A stretch of DNA of 64,000 nt, from positions 128,001-192,000 of the forward strand of contig CBDCTA010000029.1 in the NCBI GenBank assembly GCA_965221955.1. Reading direction: 5' to 3'. The stretch is from Gammaproteobacteria bacterium (GTDB lineage: Bacteria; Pseudomonadota; Gammaproteobacteria; UBA4575). The position numbers and the translations under genes are program-made. Positions 37,472-48,657 of the stretch are shown here, piece by piece (positions within the stretch are counted from its first letter, which is position 1; the number at the start of each line of letters is the position of its first letter). The notes below the pieces were generated by a model, which saw only the letters and a program-made list of their open reading frames with translations, searched no databases and had not been told where the DNA came from.

Positions 37472-39310
37472 ATGCAACAGGCATTGGCAAAAGAAGATGA
37501 TCATCCATTAGCGGGTACGAAGATGACCGGCTCGGACATTATTGTGCAAGTACTTGCGCAAGAAGGTACTGATGTCATTTTTGGTTATAGTGGTGGAGCC
37601 ATTCTACCCACCTATGATGCAGTGTTTCGTTTTAACGCTGAAACCAATGAATCCATGCCATTGATTGTTCCAGCGAATGAACAAGGTGCGGGGTTCATGG
37701 CGTCGGGTTATGCGCGTGCCAGTGGCAAAGTAGGTGTGGTAATGGTGACTTCTGGGCCAGGGGCAACTAATACCGTAACACCTGTGCGTGATTGCATGGC
37801 GGATTCTATTCCAATCGTTGTGATCTGTGGCCAAGTTCCTACACCTGCAATTGGCAGTGATGGTTTCCAAGAAGCGCCCATTGCCAACATCATGGGTGCG
37901 GTAGCAAAGCATATATTCTTAATTACAGATCCTGAGAAACTTGAAGCGACTATACGTACGGCTTTTGAAATTGCACGCACGGGTCGACCTGGACCCGTCG
38001 TCATTGATATACCTAAAGATGTGCAAAATTGGGAAGGTGCTTTTCAAGGCAAAGGGCAGCTTCCTATACGTGGTTATCGTGAGCGTATTGAAGAAGTCGC
38101 TGAAAATGTACTTTCTGATGAAGACTGTAAATCCTTTTATGCAGCCTTTGAAAAATCTAAACGTCCATTAATTTATGCTGGTGGCGGAGTAATCAACGGC
38201 AACGCTTCGCAAGAACTACGTGCGTTAGCGGATAAATTTGAAATTCCTGTAGTCACCACCTTGATGGGGATTGGCGCATACGATACCACCAAAGAGCGTT
38301 CTCTACATATGTTAGGTATGCACGGTACTGCATTTGCAAACTATGCGGTCGATGATTGTGACTTCTTAATTGCAGTGGGTGCACGTTTTGATGATCGTGT
38401 TGCTGCGGTACCCGATAAATTTGCACCAAAGGCAAAGTTTATTGCGCACTTTGATGTTGATCCTTCTGAGATCCATAAAGTAAAAGTAGTTGATTGGCAC
38501 CACATAGGATTATTGCCGCAGGCAATGAATAAATTATTGGATTATGGTGTGAAAAAAAATCACTCTTCATATGATTATTCTAGTTGGCATCAGCACATTG
38601 CTGAACTTAAAAGTACTTATGCAATGAACTACGATAAACAAAGTACATATATTCAGCCTTATGCTGTAATTGAGGAATTAAACAAACATGCAAAGGGTAA
38701 AGCGGTCATCAGTACTGGTGTAGGGCAACATCAAATGTGGGCCGCGCAGTATTTTGATTTTAAGTCGCCTCGACTTTGGTTAACTTCAGGAAGTATGGGG
38801 ACTATGGGTTTTGGATTGCCTGCTGCGATTGGCGCTCAATTTGCAAAGCCTGATTTGGTAGTGATTGACATCGATGGTGATGCCAGCATGCGTATGAATT
38901 TGGGTGAGTTGGAAACGGTAACTACTTATAAATTGCCAATTAAAGTTGTGGTATTAAATAACTTAGGCGATGGAATGGTTAAGCAATGGCAAAAATTGTT
39001 TTTCAAAGGCCGACTATCTGCGAGTGACAAATCATTACACAGAAAAGACTTTGTAAAAGCTGCCGAAGCGGATGGTTATGAATACGCTGTACGACTCGAA
39101 GATAAAACGCAATTAGCAAAAATCATTAAAGAGTTTATAGAATTTGATGGTCCTGCATTTATTGAGGTCATGATTGATCCTGATGCAGGTGTATATCCAA
39201 TGGTAGGTCCAGGTATGTGTTATGAGCAAATGATTACTGGAGATCATATCCCCACGCGTAATGCCGAAGTAGATGCTAAAACAGAAGTAGATTCCTCAGA
39301 AATGTTTTAG
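37472..39310 (+). CDS. ilvB: Acetolactate synthase large subunit
   Basis: FGYSGGAILP, EQGAGFMA, TSGPGATN, GMHG, GQHQMWAAQ, SGSMGTMGFGLPAA, DGDAS..N. Confidence 0.92.
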   Translation: MQQALAKEDDHPLAGTKMTGSDIIVQVLAQEGTDVIFGYSGGAILPTYDAVFRFNAETNESMPLIVPANEQGAGFMASGYARASGKVGVVMVTSGPGATNTVTPVRDCMADSIPIVVICGQVPTPAIGSDGFQEAPIANIMGAVAKHIFLITDPEKLEATIRTAFEIARTGRPGPVVIDIPKDVQNWEGAFQGKGQLPIRGYRERIEEVAENVLSDEDCKSFYAAFEKSKRPLIYAGGGVINGNASQELRALADKFEIPVVTTLMGIGAYDTTKERSLHMLGMHGTAFANYAVDDCDFLIAVGARFDDRVAAVPDKFAPKAKFIAHFDVDPSEIHKVKVVDWHHIGLLPQAMNKLLDYGVKKNHSSYDYSSWHQHIAELKSTYAMNYDKQSTYIQPYAVIEELNKHAKGKAVISTGVGQHQMWAAQYFDFKSPRLWLTSGSMGTMGFGLPAAIGAQFAKPDLVVIDIDGDASMRMNLGELETVTTYKLPIKVVVLNNLGDGMVKQWQKLFFKGRLSASDKSLHRKDFVKAAEADGYEYAVRLEDKTQLAKIIKEFIEFDGPAFIEVMIDPDAGVYPMVGPGMCYEQMITGDHIPTRNAEVDAKTEVDSSEMF

Positions 39311-39329
39311 CTCGCTTAATTAGAAAGCC

Positions 39330-39836
39330 TTAGTGCTTTTTCTGAAAAGCAATTTTATCCAATATTGCTAGTAACAAGGCAGATACTACAAACGCCATGT
39401 GAATAATGGTGTACCACATTAGTTTAGTGTTATCGATGCTCTGTGCTTCCATAAAAATGCGTAGCAGATGAATAGAGGATATCGCAACAATGGAGGCTGC
39501 GACTTTTAATTTAAGTGTATTTGCATCAAGTTTTCCTAACCAGTCAAGTTTGTCAGTATCTTCGTCAAGGTCAATTTTAGATACAAAGCTTTCATAGCTA
39601 CTGAACATTACCATTACAATTAAGCTAGCCACAAGTGACATATCTATCAGTGCAAGAATATGTAGTACTAGATCAGATTCTTTCATGGTGACAATATGCC
39701 CAAATATATTTATGACTTCTTGAAAGAACTTAATCCCGAGAGCAAAAACTGCTAGCGATAAACCTACATAAATAGGTGCAAGTAACCAACGACTCGCATA
39801 CAGAGTTTTTTCTAGCAATAATTCTAGTGATTTCAT
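39330..39836 (-). CDS. UPF0114/YqhA-family membrane protein
   Basis: [36 protein letters not shown]. Confidence 0.9.
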   Translation of the reverse strand: MKSLELLLEKTLYASRWLLAPIYVGLSLAVFALGIKFFQEVINIFGHIVTMKESDLVLHILALIDMSLVASLIVMVMFSSYESFVSKIDLDEDTDKLDWLGKLDANTLKLKVAASIVAISSIHLLRIFMEAQSIDNTKLMWYTIIHMAFVVSALLLAILDKIAFQKKH

Positions 39837-40098
39837 TTGCCGAATAACCTTGATGATTGGGTGATGTTAATGAATTGGGAAAATATAAACTGGTTTATGA
39901 CTTAAAGACAAGCTAAGTTTTATTATTGATTGTGCTGCATGCGTTATGCTTATTAGCGTAATAATGCAAATGACTAGAAAGTAAGTGATTACTAAGTTTA
40001 ATAATTTATTCAAGGGGCGCTGTTTGATTATTAAGGCGATGAAACACTTATTATAAATGGGGTTGTACTGGTCTGTAAAAGAACACAATAATCATTTT

Positions 40099-42735
40099 AT
40101 GAAAAAAGCAATACACATACTCTTATTTATTTTACTTTTTCTATTCTTAGCAGCCGGAATTGCGTTGGCTGTAGGGGTATATAACCCACGCGCATATGAG
40201 GGGGTGTTGAATAAGCTTGTGCACAAAAAAACCGGTTACCAATACTCTACCCAAGATCTTGCAATTCAATTATCACCGGCCAAGATTACTATTCAGGGGC
40301 TTGAGCTTAATAACCCTGAATGGACTCAAAACCCAAAGTTATTAACGGTTCAAAATGCTGAGATTGCTTTAAACATTAAGCAATTAATTGACAAAAAACT
40401 ACCTTTTTGGAATGCAGTAGTCAGCGGTGCAGATTTTCAATTAATAGAGAATAAAGATGGAGAATTAAATTGGAACACTTCTATATTAGCTAATCAGCCG
40501 AAATCTGAAGAAGAAGAGCCATTAAATCTAAAGAATTTGCTTAGCTTTTCGGAACTCAATGTAAACCAAGCAAAATTACGTCAACAAAAACAAGATACAA
40601 TAGAAGAAGTAGATATATCGTCATTAAAACTAATACGTACTAGCGATAGTTCAGTAGAATTGCACGGTGTTGGAGTATATCAGGAACAACAAGTTGATAT
40701 TGAGGGTTCAGTGGATATAGAGGGAGATCATCCGCCTGAGCAGCTTTTGCAGTTTGCTATGGAAGCAAAGGGCTTAGGGGTTGATTTACAAACCAATGGT
40801 TCTGTTAATCCGCTGAATATAGATGGGACAAAGTTTTCCTTAAAAGCAAATTCTGGAAATTTAGCTGAATTAGAAAAGTTTTTAGAAACAACTTTCCCGG
40901 CAGTAGCACCAGTCGATGTGTCGCTTGATTTTTTATCTTCACAAGGTAGTTATGAGCTTTCCAAGATTGATTTAAAACTTGGAAGTAATCATCTTTCGGG
41001 AGACGTTCTATTTAACTCAAATGACTCTTTTGTTCGCGCTAATTTAAGTTCAGAAAAAATTGATCTAAGTCCTTTTGTATCGGCTGAATCTTCACAGGAC
41101 GTGGCTGGTGAAGTGAATCAAGAAAATAAAAGCTCCGAAAATAAAGAGATAGAGATAGACTGGTCATGGATGAAAACATTAAATTCAGAAATTAATGTAA
41201 AGATCGGCGAGATATTGGTAAATCAACAGCGGTTAGAAGATGTAAGTGCACAGTTAAAATTGGTAGATGGTGTTATTGATATAGATTCAATAAAAGCACG
41301 TTTTGAATTAGAAGATGAAGAAAATCCCGAGAGATCATTTGCAACTGATTTGATCGAGATAATGGGCAGATTGCAACCTTTAGGTGAAAAAACCCAAGGC
41401 AAAGATATTCAATTAGCTTTAACCATAAATGATAGCAATGCGAAATTGATTCTAGAAGGTGAGGCGAATGTTAATGGTATAGCGGGTAATAATTTAAAAA
41501 TTGAAGCAGATGCTAAAAACCTTGATGCACTGTCAAAATATCTACAGACTGATCTTTCACCACATCTTCCGGCTAACGTTAGCACTAATGTTGAAACATC
41601 TGAGCATGGTTTGTTGCTTCAGAAGCTTACCGCCAAATTCAAAGATAGCGATGTGGCAGTAGATATTAAGGTAGACTGGTCTAGTGACATTATAAAAATT
41701 GATGGAGACGTTGATTCAAAATTGCTTGATCTAACTCCTTTAATGTCCAAATCAAATAATACAAGTGAAAAAACTGAAGCTAAAAAAGAAAAAATTTTCA
41801 GTGACGAAGCAATAGATTGGAGTTGGTTAGAAGCCTATGATGTAAATGCCGATGTAAGTATCAAAAAATTAGTAGCTGATAAAAATATTTTCCATAAAGT
41901 TAAAACGAAAATCGATCTTGGTGGTGGAAAGTTAAATATCAAACCTTTGCAAGCATTTTTTGCAGATGGAAATATTAAAAGTTTTTTTTCACTTACAAAA
42001 ACTGGAGAGTCTGTAGAACTTGATACACGGTTGGATGCTATTAATTTGAGCTTAGCGGCTTTAGGTGCGACAGATGGGAGTGTGCTTGAAGGTGGAATAA
42101 CTGATGTAGTGATGAACTTCAGTGGTGAAGGTAAATCATCACATCAAATTATGTCTAGTTTAAATGGAGAAATAGTAGCAGAGGTGCAAAAAGGCATTAT
42201 TACCAATGATGCATTCGAAATTATTGGTTCCGATATCATTTTAGAATTATTAACTATGCTAAATCCATTCATGAAAGAAGATGAAACTACTGAGCTAGAA
42301 TGTGCAGCAGTTAAATTCATCGCAAAAGATGGAGTGTTAATAAGTGATAATAAAATGGCAGTAGAAACGTCGAAAATGAAAATTGTAGGTGGTGGAATTA
42401 TTGATATGAGCACCGAAGAACTGGAAATTGGGTTTAGCCCTTCTGCAAAAAAAGGTGTTGGCGTGAATGTTGGGAGTCTAGTTAAATTTGTAAGGTTAGG
42501 AGGAACACTAGCAAATCCTCATCCGGAAGCGGATCCAGTTGGTATTTTAAAAAGTGGGGCAGCTATTGGTGCTGCTCTTTCAACTGGAGGGCTTTCGTTA
42601 TTAGTAGAGGGTCTTTTTAAGCGTGCGGCAAATTCTGGTTCAGCTTGTAACCAAGCCTTACAGGAATCTGAAGTTGCTAATGATGACTCTATTTCAGAAA
42701 AAGAAACCTCGACAGATGCATCAGAAGCTAATTAG
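40099..42735 (+). CDS. AsmA-family protein
   Basis: N-terminal anchor, repetitive beta-rich body, C-terminal LECAAVKF..DG, VRLGGTLANP. Confidence 0.85.
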   Translation: MKKAIHILLFILLFLFLAAGIALAVGVYNPRAYEGVLNKLVHKKTGYQYSTQDLAIQLSPAKITIQGLELNNPEWTQNPKLLTVQNAEIALNIKQLIDKKLPFWNAVVSGADFQLIENKDGELNWNTSILANQPKSEEEEPLNLKNLLSFSELNVNQAKLRQQKQDTIEEVDISSLKLIRTSDSSVELHGVGVYQEQQVDIEGSVDIEGDHPPEQLLQFAMEAKGLGVDLQTNGSVNPLNIDGTKFSLKANSGNLAELEKFLETTFPAVAPVDVSLDFLSSQGSYELSKIDLKLGSNHLSGDVLFNSNDSFVRANLSSEKIDLSPFVSAESSQDVAGEVNQENKSSENKEIEIDWSWMKTLNSEINVKIGEILVNQQRLEDVSAQLKLVDGVIDIDSIKARFELEDEENPERSFATDLIEIMGRLQPLGEKTQGKDIQLALTINDSNAKLILEGEANVNGIAGNNLKIEADAKNLDALSKYLQTDLSPHLPANVSTNVETSEHGLLLQKLTAKFKDSDVAVDIKVDWSSDIIKIDGDVDSKLLDLTPLMSKSNNTSEKTEAKKEKIFSDEAIDWSWLEAYDVNADVSIKKLVADKNIFHKVKTKIDLGGGKLNIKPLQAFFADGNIKSFFSLTKTGESVELDTRLDAINLSLAALGATDGSVLEGGITDVVMNFSGEGKSSHQIMSSLNGEIVAEVQKGIITNDAFEIIGSDIILELLTMLNPFMKEDETTELECAAVKFIAKDGVLISDNKMAVETSKMKIVGGGIIDMSTEELEIGFSPSAKKGVGVNVGSLVKFVRLGGTLANPHPEADPVGILKSGAAIGAALSTGGLSLLVEGLFKRAANSGSACNQALQESEVANDDSISEKETSTDASEAN

Positions 42736-42880
42736 TTGATTCATTTGGTAATAATAGGTCATAGAGTATTTATTTAATTGCAAACCAATGTAAATCTCCC
42801 AGCCAAAAACTATTAAGTTTTTAAAATACGCGCTATGTTGTAATGCACTAAGAGCAACAATATAAATACGAGGGGGAGAT

Positions 42881-43624
42881 ATGTCGTTATCAAAAAGTCT
42901 TGTGGCTGAATTTATCGGAACGTTTTGGCTTGTACTCGGTGGCTGTGGAAGCGCAATACTTGCCGCAACATTTATTTCAAATGGAGCAGAGATTGGGGGG
43001 AGCGTTTACTTTCCATTAGGAATTGGTCTGGTTGGGGTTTCGCTTGCTTTTGGATTAACAGTACTCACTATGGCCTTTGCTATTGGACATATTTCAGGGT
43101 GTCACTTGAATCCGGCTGTTTCCTTTGGGCTGATGGTTGCCGGAAGATTTCCTGCTGCAAATCTTGTGCCTTATATTATTTCACAAGTACTAGGAGCTAT
43201 TAGTGCTGCTGTAATTTTATATATTATTGCGAGTGGTGATGGTAGTTATGCAGGATTAGCATCAAATGGGTATGCTGCTCATTCACCAGGTGGGTATTCC
43301 ATGGCGGCTGCACTAGTAACAGAAATAGTGATGACCTTTTTCTTTTTGATGGTAATTATTGGTGCAACAGATCGGCGTGCACCAGCAGGATTTGCGCCAA
43401 TTGCGATTGGGTTGTGTCTTACCTTAATACACTTAATTTCTATACCCGTTACTAATACATCGGTAAACCCTGCTAGAAGTACCGGTCCTGCTTTAGTAGA
43501 GATGTTTACTGGAGTTGGTAGTGTAGCAATGGGTCAGTTGTGGCTATTTTGGGCAGCACCTATCGTAGGTGCAATTTTGGCAGGGATTGTCTATAAAGCC
43601 GTATTTGAAACTTCTGAGAGTTAG
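42881..43624 (+). CDS. aqpZ: Aquaporin Z
   Basis: [37 protein letters not shown]. Confidence 0.95.
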   Translation: MSLSKSLVAEFIGTFWLVLGGCGSAILAATFISNGAEIGGSVYFPLGIGLVGVSLAFGLTVLTMAFAIGHISGCHLNPAVSFGLMVAGRFPAANLVPYIISQVLGAISAAVILYIIASGDGSYAGLASNGYAAHSPGGYSMAAALVTEIVMTFFFLMVIIGATDRRAPAGFAPIAIGLCLTLIHLISIPVTNTSVNPARSTGPALVEMFTGVGSVAMGQLWLFWAAPIVGAILAGIVYKAVFETSES

Positions 43625-43645
43625 TTACTTTTTATATTGAGTAGT

Positions 43646-43672
43646 AAAAAAGGCGCTATTAGCGCCTTTTTT
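43646..43672 (+). terminator. Rho-independent terminator
   Basis: AAAAAAGGCGCT-ATT-AGCGCCTTTTTT. Confidence 0.85.
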
Positions 43673-43737
43673 GCATTCTGCACATTCATTAGTAGCCATT
43701 CTGATATGATGAAATTCGATAATTAAAGGAAATTATT

Positions 43738-44208
43738 ATGCATATTAGGAACAGCATATATGTATTCATATTAGTTTTTATTTGCTCTGGGTGCTTAGAA
43801 AATAAAAATGATTCAGCTGTATTAACTCCTGAAGAAATTCAGCAAAGACAACTACTTGCATATGATGAGGCGGCTGCAGATCCACGACAGTTTAAAGCTG
43901 ATTTAAAGGAAAGCTGCCCTCATTTTGGAAATGCACTTTTAACTACTGCTGAAACTATTCAACTCGGAACCCGTGTATTCAATGCTGGAGGAGTAAGTCT
44001 TACAAAACGAATCTATGAAGGTACAGTCTATAAGTTACTATTTACTATAAAAGATGATTGTATGAATTTAAGTGATGCATTACAGGCAGGTTTGGCGAAA
44101 GCTGCTGAGTCAAACGATCATCATGATCAAGCATGGGCATTGCGTAATACATTGGATCTAGTTATGGGCGGCCCACCTCGTCAGCCACCTGGCGCACAAA
44201 ATAGATAG
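43738..44208 (+). CDS. Hypothetical lipoprotein
   Basis: Lipobox-like CSGC after a hydrophobic stretch. Confidence 0.65.
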   Translation: MHIRNSIYVFILVFICSGCLENKNDSAVLTPEEIQQRQLLAYDEAAADPRQFKADLKESCPHFGNALLTTAETIQLGTRVFNAGGVSLTKRIYEGTVYKLLFTIKDDCMNLSDALQAGLAKAAESNDHHDQAWALRNTLDLVMGGPPRQPPGAQNR

Positions 44209-44221
44209 TTTATATTCGATT

Positions 44222-44611
44222 ATGTATGCAAAAATAATAATAATATATTTAAACATATTATTTGTTTTGCCTCTTTATGCTGGTGAAAATATCGTTACGG
44301 ATAGAGAAAGCTTTGCAAAAGAATACGCAACACTTAAAAGTTTATTACAAAAAGTTAAGACTAAAGAATTAGCAATTTTATATAAACCACAAATACAGCA
44401 AGAACTAGACCGTCTAAAATCCTCTCAAATTAGTGGTGGCGAAGAATTTAGTCGTTTATCTGAGCATGAACAACAAGTGTTTATTAAAAAATATCAAAAT
44501 AACCATTTTCATTGTGGAGAAGTCACGCAAGTGATGAAGGAACGCAGAAGGATATTATTAGATCCTCATCTCTTTAAAATCATTGGGCCTTTAGTGCAAA
44601 ATATCCCGTAG
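44222..44611 (+). CDS. Hypothetical exported protein
   Basis: Signal peptide ending LYA. Confidence 0.6.
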   Translation: MYAKIIIIYLNILFVLPLYAGENIVTDRESFAKEYATLKSLLQKVKTKELAILYKPQIQQELDRLKSSQISGGEEFSRLSEHEQQVFIKKYQNNHFHCGEVTQVMKERRRILLDPHLFKIIGPLVQNIP

Positions 44612-44637
44612 TCAAACTCATTCTCTTCAATGTAAAA

Positions 44638-45267
44638 ATGTCTAATCTATGCAAGGTAGTGTTCTGCAGTTTGAAGTTTTTTTTGCATAAGTCATTTCTC
44701 ATTTTCTTTTTAACCATATCCTTATCAGGTTGTGTTGCACTTTTGCTCAGTGGCCACCTTAGTTTCAGTCACTATGAATCGAAGAGCAGAACATTTAAAT
44801 GCAAACTCCCTGGTGGGGCTTTAAATGGCCGTTTAGAAGTAACCGATCGAAGTAACGAGATCGGCGAGACCGCCACCTTTAGTTTGGACTTAGGTTTGTT
44901 ATGGCGTATAGATCATTTACGTATAGGTAAGCATAAGCTTGCGATGTTAAATCAATCTGCAATTAAACCTGAGGCAAAAAGGTTACAGTTAGATAAAGCA
45001 AAAGAGGATTATTTTAACCTGTATCTAAGGAAGAATACGGATAATGTTGAGGTTAAATGGGAACAATTTGATCAGGTGAATGGTGTAGAAGTGTTAATCG
45101 CCAACACTTATATCAAGTGGGGGGATAAAGAAGAAGTGCGTGAAATCTTATTTTCAATCGATGGTGACTACTTGAATATTATTCACTTTGCACAAAATCT
45201 ATCGAATGAATTACAAACGTTTACTACAGGTGCGAAAGGTTTTTATAAAAGTTGTGAGTTCTATTGA
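44638..45267 (+). CDS. Hypothetical lipoprotein
   Basis: Lipobox LSGC. Confidence 0.6.
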   Translation: MSNLCKVVFCSLKFFLHKSFLIFFLTISLSGCVALLLSGHLSFSHYESKSRTFKCKLPGGALNGRLEVTDRSNEIGETATFSLDLGLLWRIDHLRIGKHKLAMLNQSAIKPEAKRLQLDKAKEDYFNLYLRKNTDNVEVKWEQFDQVNGVEVLIANTYIKWGDKEEVREILFSIDGDYLNIIHFAQNLSNELQTFTTGAKGFYKSCEFY

Positions 45268-45285
45268 TCGGGGTTGGTTAGGTTA

Positions 45286-46768
45286 TCAATTAGCGCTCAC
45301 AGTACGTGTGCTTGCCCAATGTCTTAATTGTTCTACTTTTTCCGCCATGACTACTGATAAGGGCTTAGTATTCAGCAACTCTTCTAATAACTGAATTTGC
45401 TTAAGCGGAGAATTTTCAGCATGCGCAGCATATAGCGCTGAAACCACGGCTTGTTCAATTTCAGCACCCGAAAATCCATCACTAATTTGTGCCAGTCTGC
45501 CTAAATCAAATCTATCCTCAGGAATATCTCGCTTAGTTAAATGAATGCGAAAAATTTCTTGTCGGGTTTCATTATCAGGAAGATCAACAAAAAAGATTTC
45601 GTCCAGCCGTCCTTTGCGAATTAGTTCTGGGGGTAGTGCTTCGATATTATTAGCAGTAATAGCAAGAAATACAGGTTGTTTGCGTTCCGCCATCCAGGTC
45701 AAAATTGTACCGAGCACACGATCACTAGTGCCAGTTGTATCATCCCCACTGCTAATACCTTTTTCGATTTCATCGATCCACAATACACAAGGCGACATCA
45801 CCTCGGCAGTTTTGATAGCAGCACGCAGATTCTTCTCGGTCTCTCCGATAAACTTATTGAACAAACTCCCCATGTCTAAACGCAATAATGGTAAACCCCA
45901 TACGCCCGCGATTGCTTTGGCAGTTAAACTTTTACCACTGCCTTGAACGCCAATCAATAATACTCCCTTAGGTCGGTCTAAACCTTTCGGAGGATTGTCA
46001 GAAATAAAGATCTCTTTGCGGTGATCTAACCACTTTTTTAATTTTTTCATGCCGGCAACATCAGAAAATTTTGCAGTGTCATATTCAAACGACAGACCAT
46101 TATCACGACTTAATAAACGATATTTAGCTGCCATGATTTCAGGTAAATCCGATGTGCAGAGCGCGCCCATCTTCAGCAATAGCCTGGCGTGCAAGTCTGC
46201 GAACATCTTGTTCGGGCAGGCCGGTTAAATTACGTGCGAGTAAGTCAACGACATTATCATCTTGAATTACATGTTTGGATTGGTTTTTACCCTGCCATCG
46301 TATTGCCTCTTGTACAACGATGTTGCGTAGTTCTTTGATTGTAGGTAAACGTAATTCAAAATGTGCTACAAACTTTTCTAGCTCTGCAGGAATTTTTAAA
46401 TTATGACTAACAAAAACAAGCGTGTTGGGTTTGTCATCATACTGAAGCGCAATTTCTTTAATAGTACGAACATTAAATGGATCTTCCATATAAGGATGGA
46501 AATCCATAAATAAATAAATACCCGATTTTGGGCCGCTACGTATATGCCGCAATGCTTCTATGGGCTCTTTGTTGAAAGCTTGTGGCCGCATATCCTCCAT
46601 GTCGATTCTCTGTAGACCCTCTGTGACAGCCCATTTATATAGCTGTGCAGGGAACTCAATGACTAATTGAGTAAATAATTTCAATACATGCGCTTCATCG
46701 TGGGTTTCGATGACGATGATAGGAGTTTTGGATTTGATTAAGACCTTGAGGTCATTTAACTCATACAT
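45286..46768 (-). pseudogene. Ycf46-like AAA+ ATPase split by one frameshift (likely sequencing error)
   Basis: N-part 46139-46768 (FMDFHPY) and C-part with GVQGSGKS, LWIDEIEK, PPELIRKGRLDEIFFVDLP. Removing one base from the C3 run at 46166-46168 joins ..AIAEDG-ALCTSDLPEI.. Confidence 0.85.
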
Positions 46769-47061
46769 AGAGAGTTGCCCAGCCTCAGAAAGGAAGAATT
46801 TTTATCATTAAGTATGTTTTAGCATTGAACACATTCGCTATGCAAGATATTGCATACTAAAGTGTGCAATACAATGGATTATCCGTTGTGCAAATAAAAC
46901 TTAAATTGGGGTTGTAAAAAGTTATCTTGCATTCATAAGACATATGACTGAATCAATAGAAACTGTTGGAGAATCAATGAATGGGGTTGTACTATTCGTG
47001 GCGCTTAGTTTCATTATCAGTTAAAGAAATTACTCATTCTTAAATTTTTTGAATATTATTT

Positions 47062-47445
47062 ATGTCTTCTGATTGTATTTTTTGCCGTAAAGTCGATCTG
47101 ATATATCAAGGTGAGTTGACATTTATTAGTCAGGATAAATATCCTGCATCTCCAGGTCATTTGCTCATTGTTCCAAATCGACATGTACCCAACTATTTCG
47201 ACTGCACCCAAGAAGAAGTTACTGAGTTATGGCAAGAAGTTCATCATGCTAAACAATTAGTTGAAGAGAATCATAAGCCGGATTCATATAATATTGGAAT
47301 CAACGTGAGCAAGGCCGCAGGTCAATCAGTTCCACATACGCACATTCACTTAATACCCAGATATGAAGGTGATGTGCCAGACCCAAGAGGTGGGGTAAGA
47401 AGTGTGATTCCAAAAAAACGAACTTACACTAAAACGACAGAATAA
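47062..47445 (+). CDS. HIT-family hydrolase
   Basis: CIFC, PASPGHLL, AGQSVPHTHIHLIPR. Confidence 0.92.
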   Translation: MSSDCIFCRKVDLIYQGELTFISQDKYPASPGHLLIVPNRHVPNYFDCTQEEVTELWQEVHHAKQLVEENHKPDSYNIGINVSKAAGQSVPHTHIHLIPRYEGDVPDPRGGVRSVIPKKRTYTKTTE

Positions 47446-47464
47446 ATTTTAAGTAGTCAGAATA

Positions 47465-48553
47465 ATGTCGCAATCATCTAGGCAAAACGAATTGAGAGAA
47501 ATTCGTATTAATCCAATTGTCCCTACAGAATCCGTTTTGGTTTCTACTGCACGAGGATTGCGTCCCCGTAAAGCTGAAAAACCACAAGAATTAAGTACTG
47601 AGTCGAAAGTCGAGACCTGTCCATTCTGTAAAGGCAATGAAGATAAGACACCACCTACTCTAAGCAGTTGGCCGAATGAAGAAAGTTGGGCGATTCGTAT
47701 TGTCGAAAATTTATTTCCTGTATTGAGTGATCGGCAGCAAATACAAAGTTTAAGTTTTGGTTTGCAACAAGTGATCGATGGATATGGCCGACACGAAGTG
47801 GTCATTGACCATAATAATCACTCGATTCATGTAGATCATATGTCTCAAGAACATCTACATGCATTGTTTAAAATTTATCGTGATCGTATGCAAGTGCTGT
47901 ATGACAGCGATCCCCGTATTAAGTATGTACTGGTATTTAAAAATTTTGGTCCTGCTGCAGGTGCAAGTATTGCACACACTCATAGCCAGATTGTTGCTAT
48001 GCCTGTAGTACCCGAGAATGTTGCAAATGAACTGCAACATTCCTATATACATTTTCAAAAATTTAATCAGAATATTTTTTCGCATTTAGTAGACGAGGCG
48101 CTGACATTTGAGGCTACGATTTATGATCGTGAATCAGGGGAAGTGCGTCGCAAGATAGATGTTGGACAATATGTAATCGAAAAAACCAAACGATTCATCG
48201 CCATAAAACCTTTTGCCAGTCGTTTTGAATGGGAAGTGCAAATATTTCCGCTCTTCCCCCAGGCTGACTACCTAGAATGCTGTAATGAAGACCTAGAAGA
48301 TTTTGCTTTATTAGTTAAACGCACAATGTCTAGGCTTAATGAAGTGATTGGCGGTGCACAGTACAATTATTTTTTACATTCCATTCCACATGGTGAAGAA
48401 TTTAAAAAATATCATAATAGTTATCAATGGCACCTAGAGATTTGCCCTAGAACCAGCATACCCACGGGCTTTGAGCTTGGGTCTGGGCTATTTGTAAGCA
48501 CAGTGAGCCCGGAAGATGCGGCTAAAAAGTTACGCGAGGTGAATATAGAATAA
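47465..48553 (+). CDS. GalT-family nucleotidyltransferase (candidate APS:phosphate adenylyltransferase)
   Basis: CPFC.GNE..TPP, GYGRHEVVI, FKNFGPAAGASIAHTHSQ, WHLEICPR..GFELGSG. Confidence 0.85.
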   Translation: MSQSSRQNELREIRINPIVPTESVLVSTARGLRPRKAEKPQELSTESKVETCPFCKGNEDKTPPTLSSWPNEESWAIRIVENLFPVLSDRQQIQSLSFGLQQVIDGYGRHEVVIDHNNHSIHVDHMSQEHLHALFKIYRDRMQVLYDSDPRIKYVLVFKNFGPAAGASIAHTHSQIVAMPVVPENVANELQHSYIHFQKFNQNIFSHLVDEALTFEATIYDRESGEVRRKIDVGQYVIEKTKRFIAIKPFASRFEWEVQIFPLFPQADYLECCNEDLEDFALLVKRTMSRLNEVIGGAQYNYFLHSIPHGEEFKKYHNSYQWHLEICPRTSIPTGFELGSGLFVSTVSPEDAAKKLREVNIE

Positions 48554-48657
48554 GAAAATTAAGTGTCTAGCCATGTGTTTTCTATAGTAAAATACTAGGC
48601 AATAACAAATAACAAAATGAATCACTCAAGATTCTAAATTAAAACTCATAGCGACTT

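Noticed and set aside
46139-46206. Programmed frameshifting or phase variation in the AAA ATPase (also sixA, HPP, 4548 and 7630 genes)
   Set aside because: Each break is a single-base indel, mostly in a short homopolymer, with no slippery heptamer plus structure. Sequencing error is the simpler explanation.
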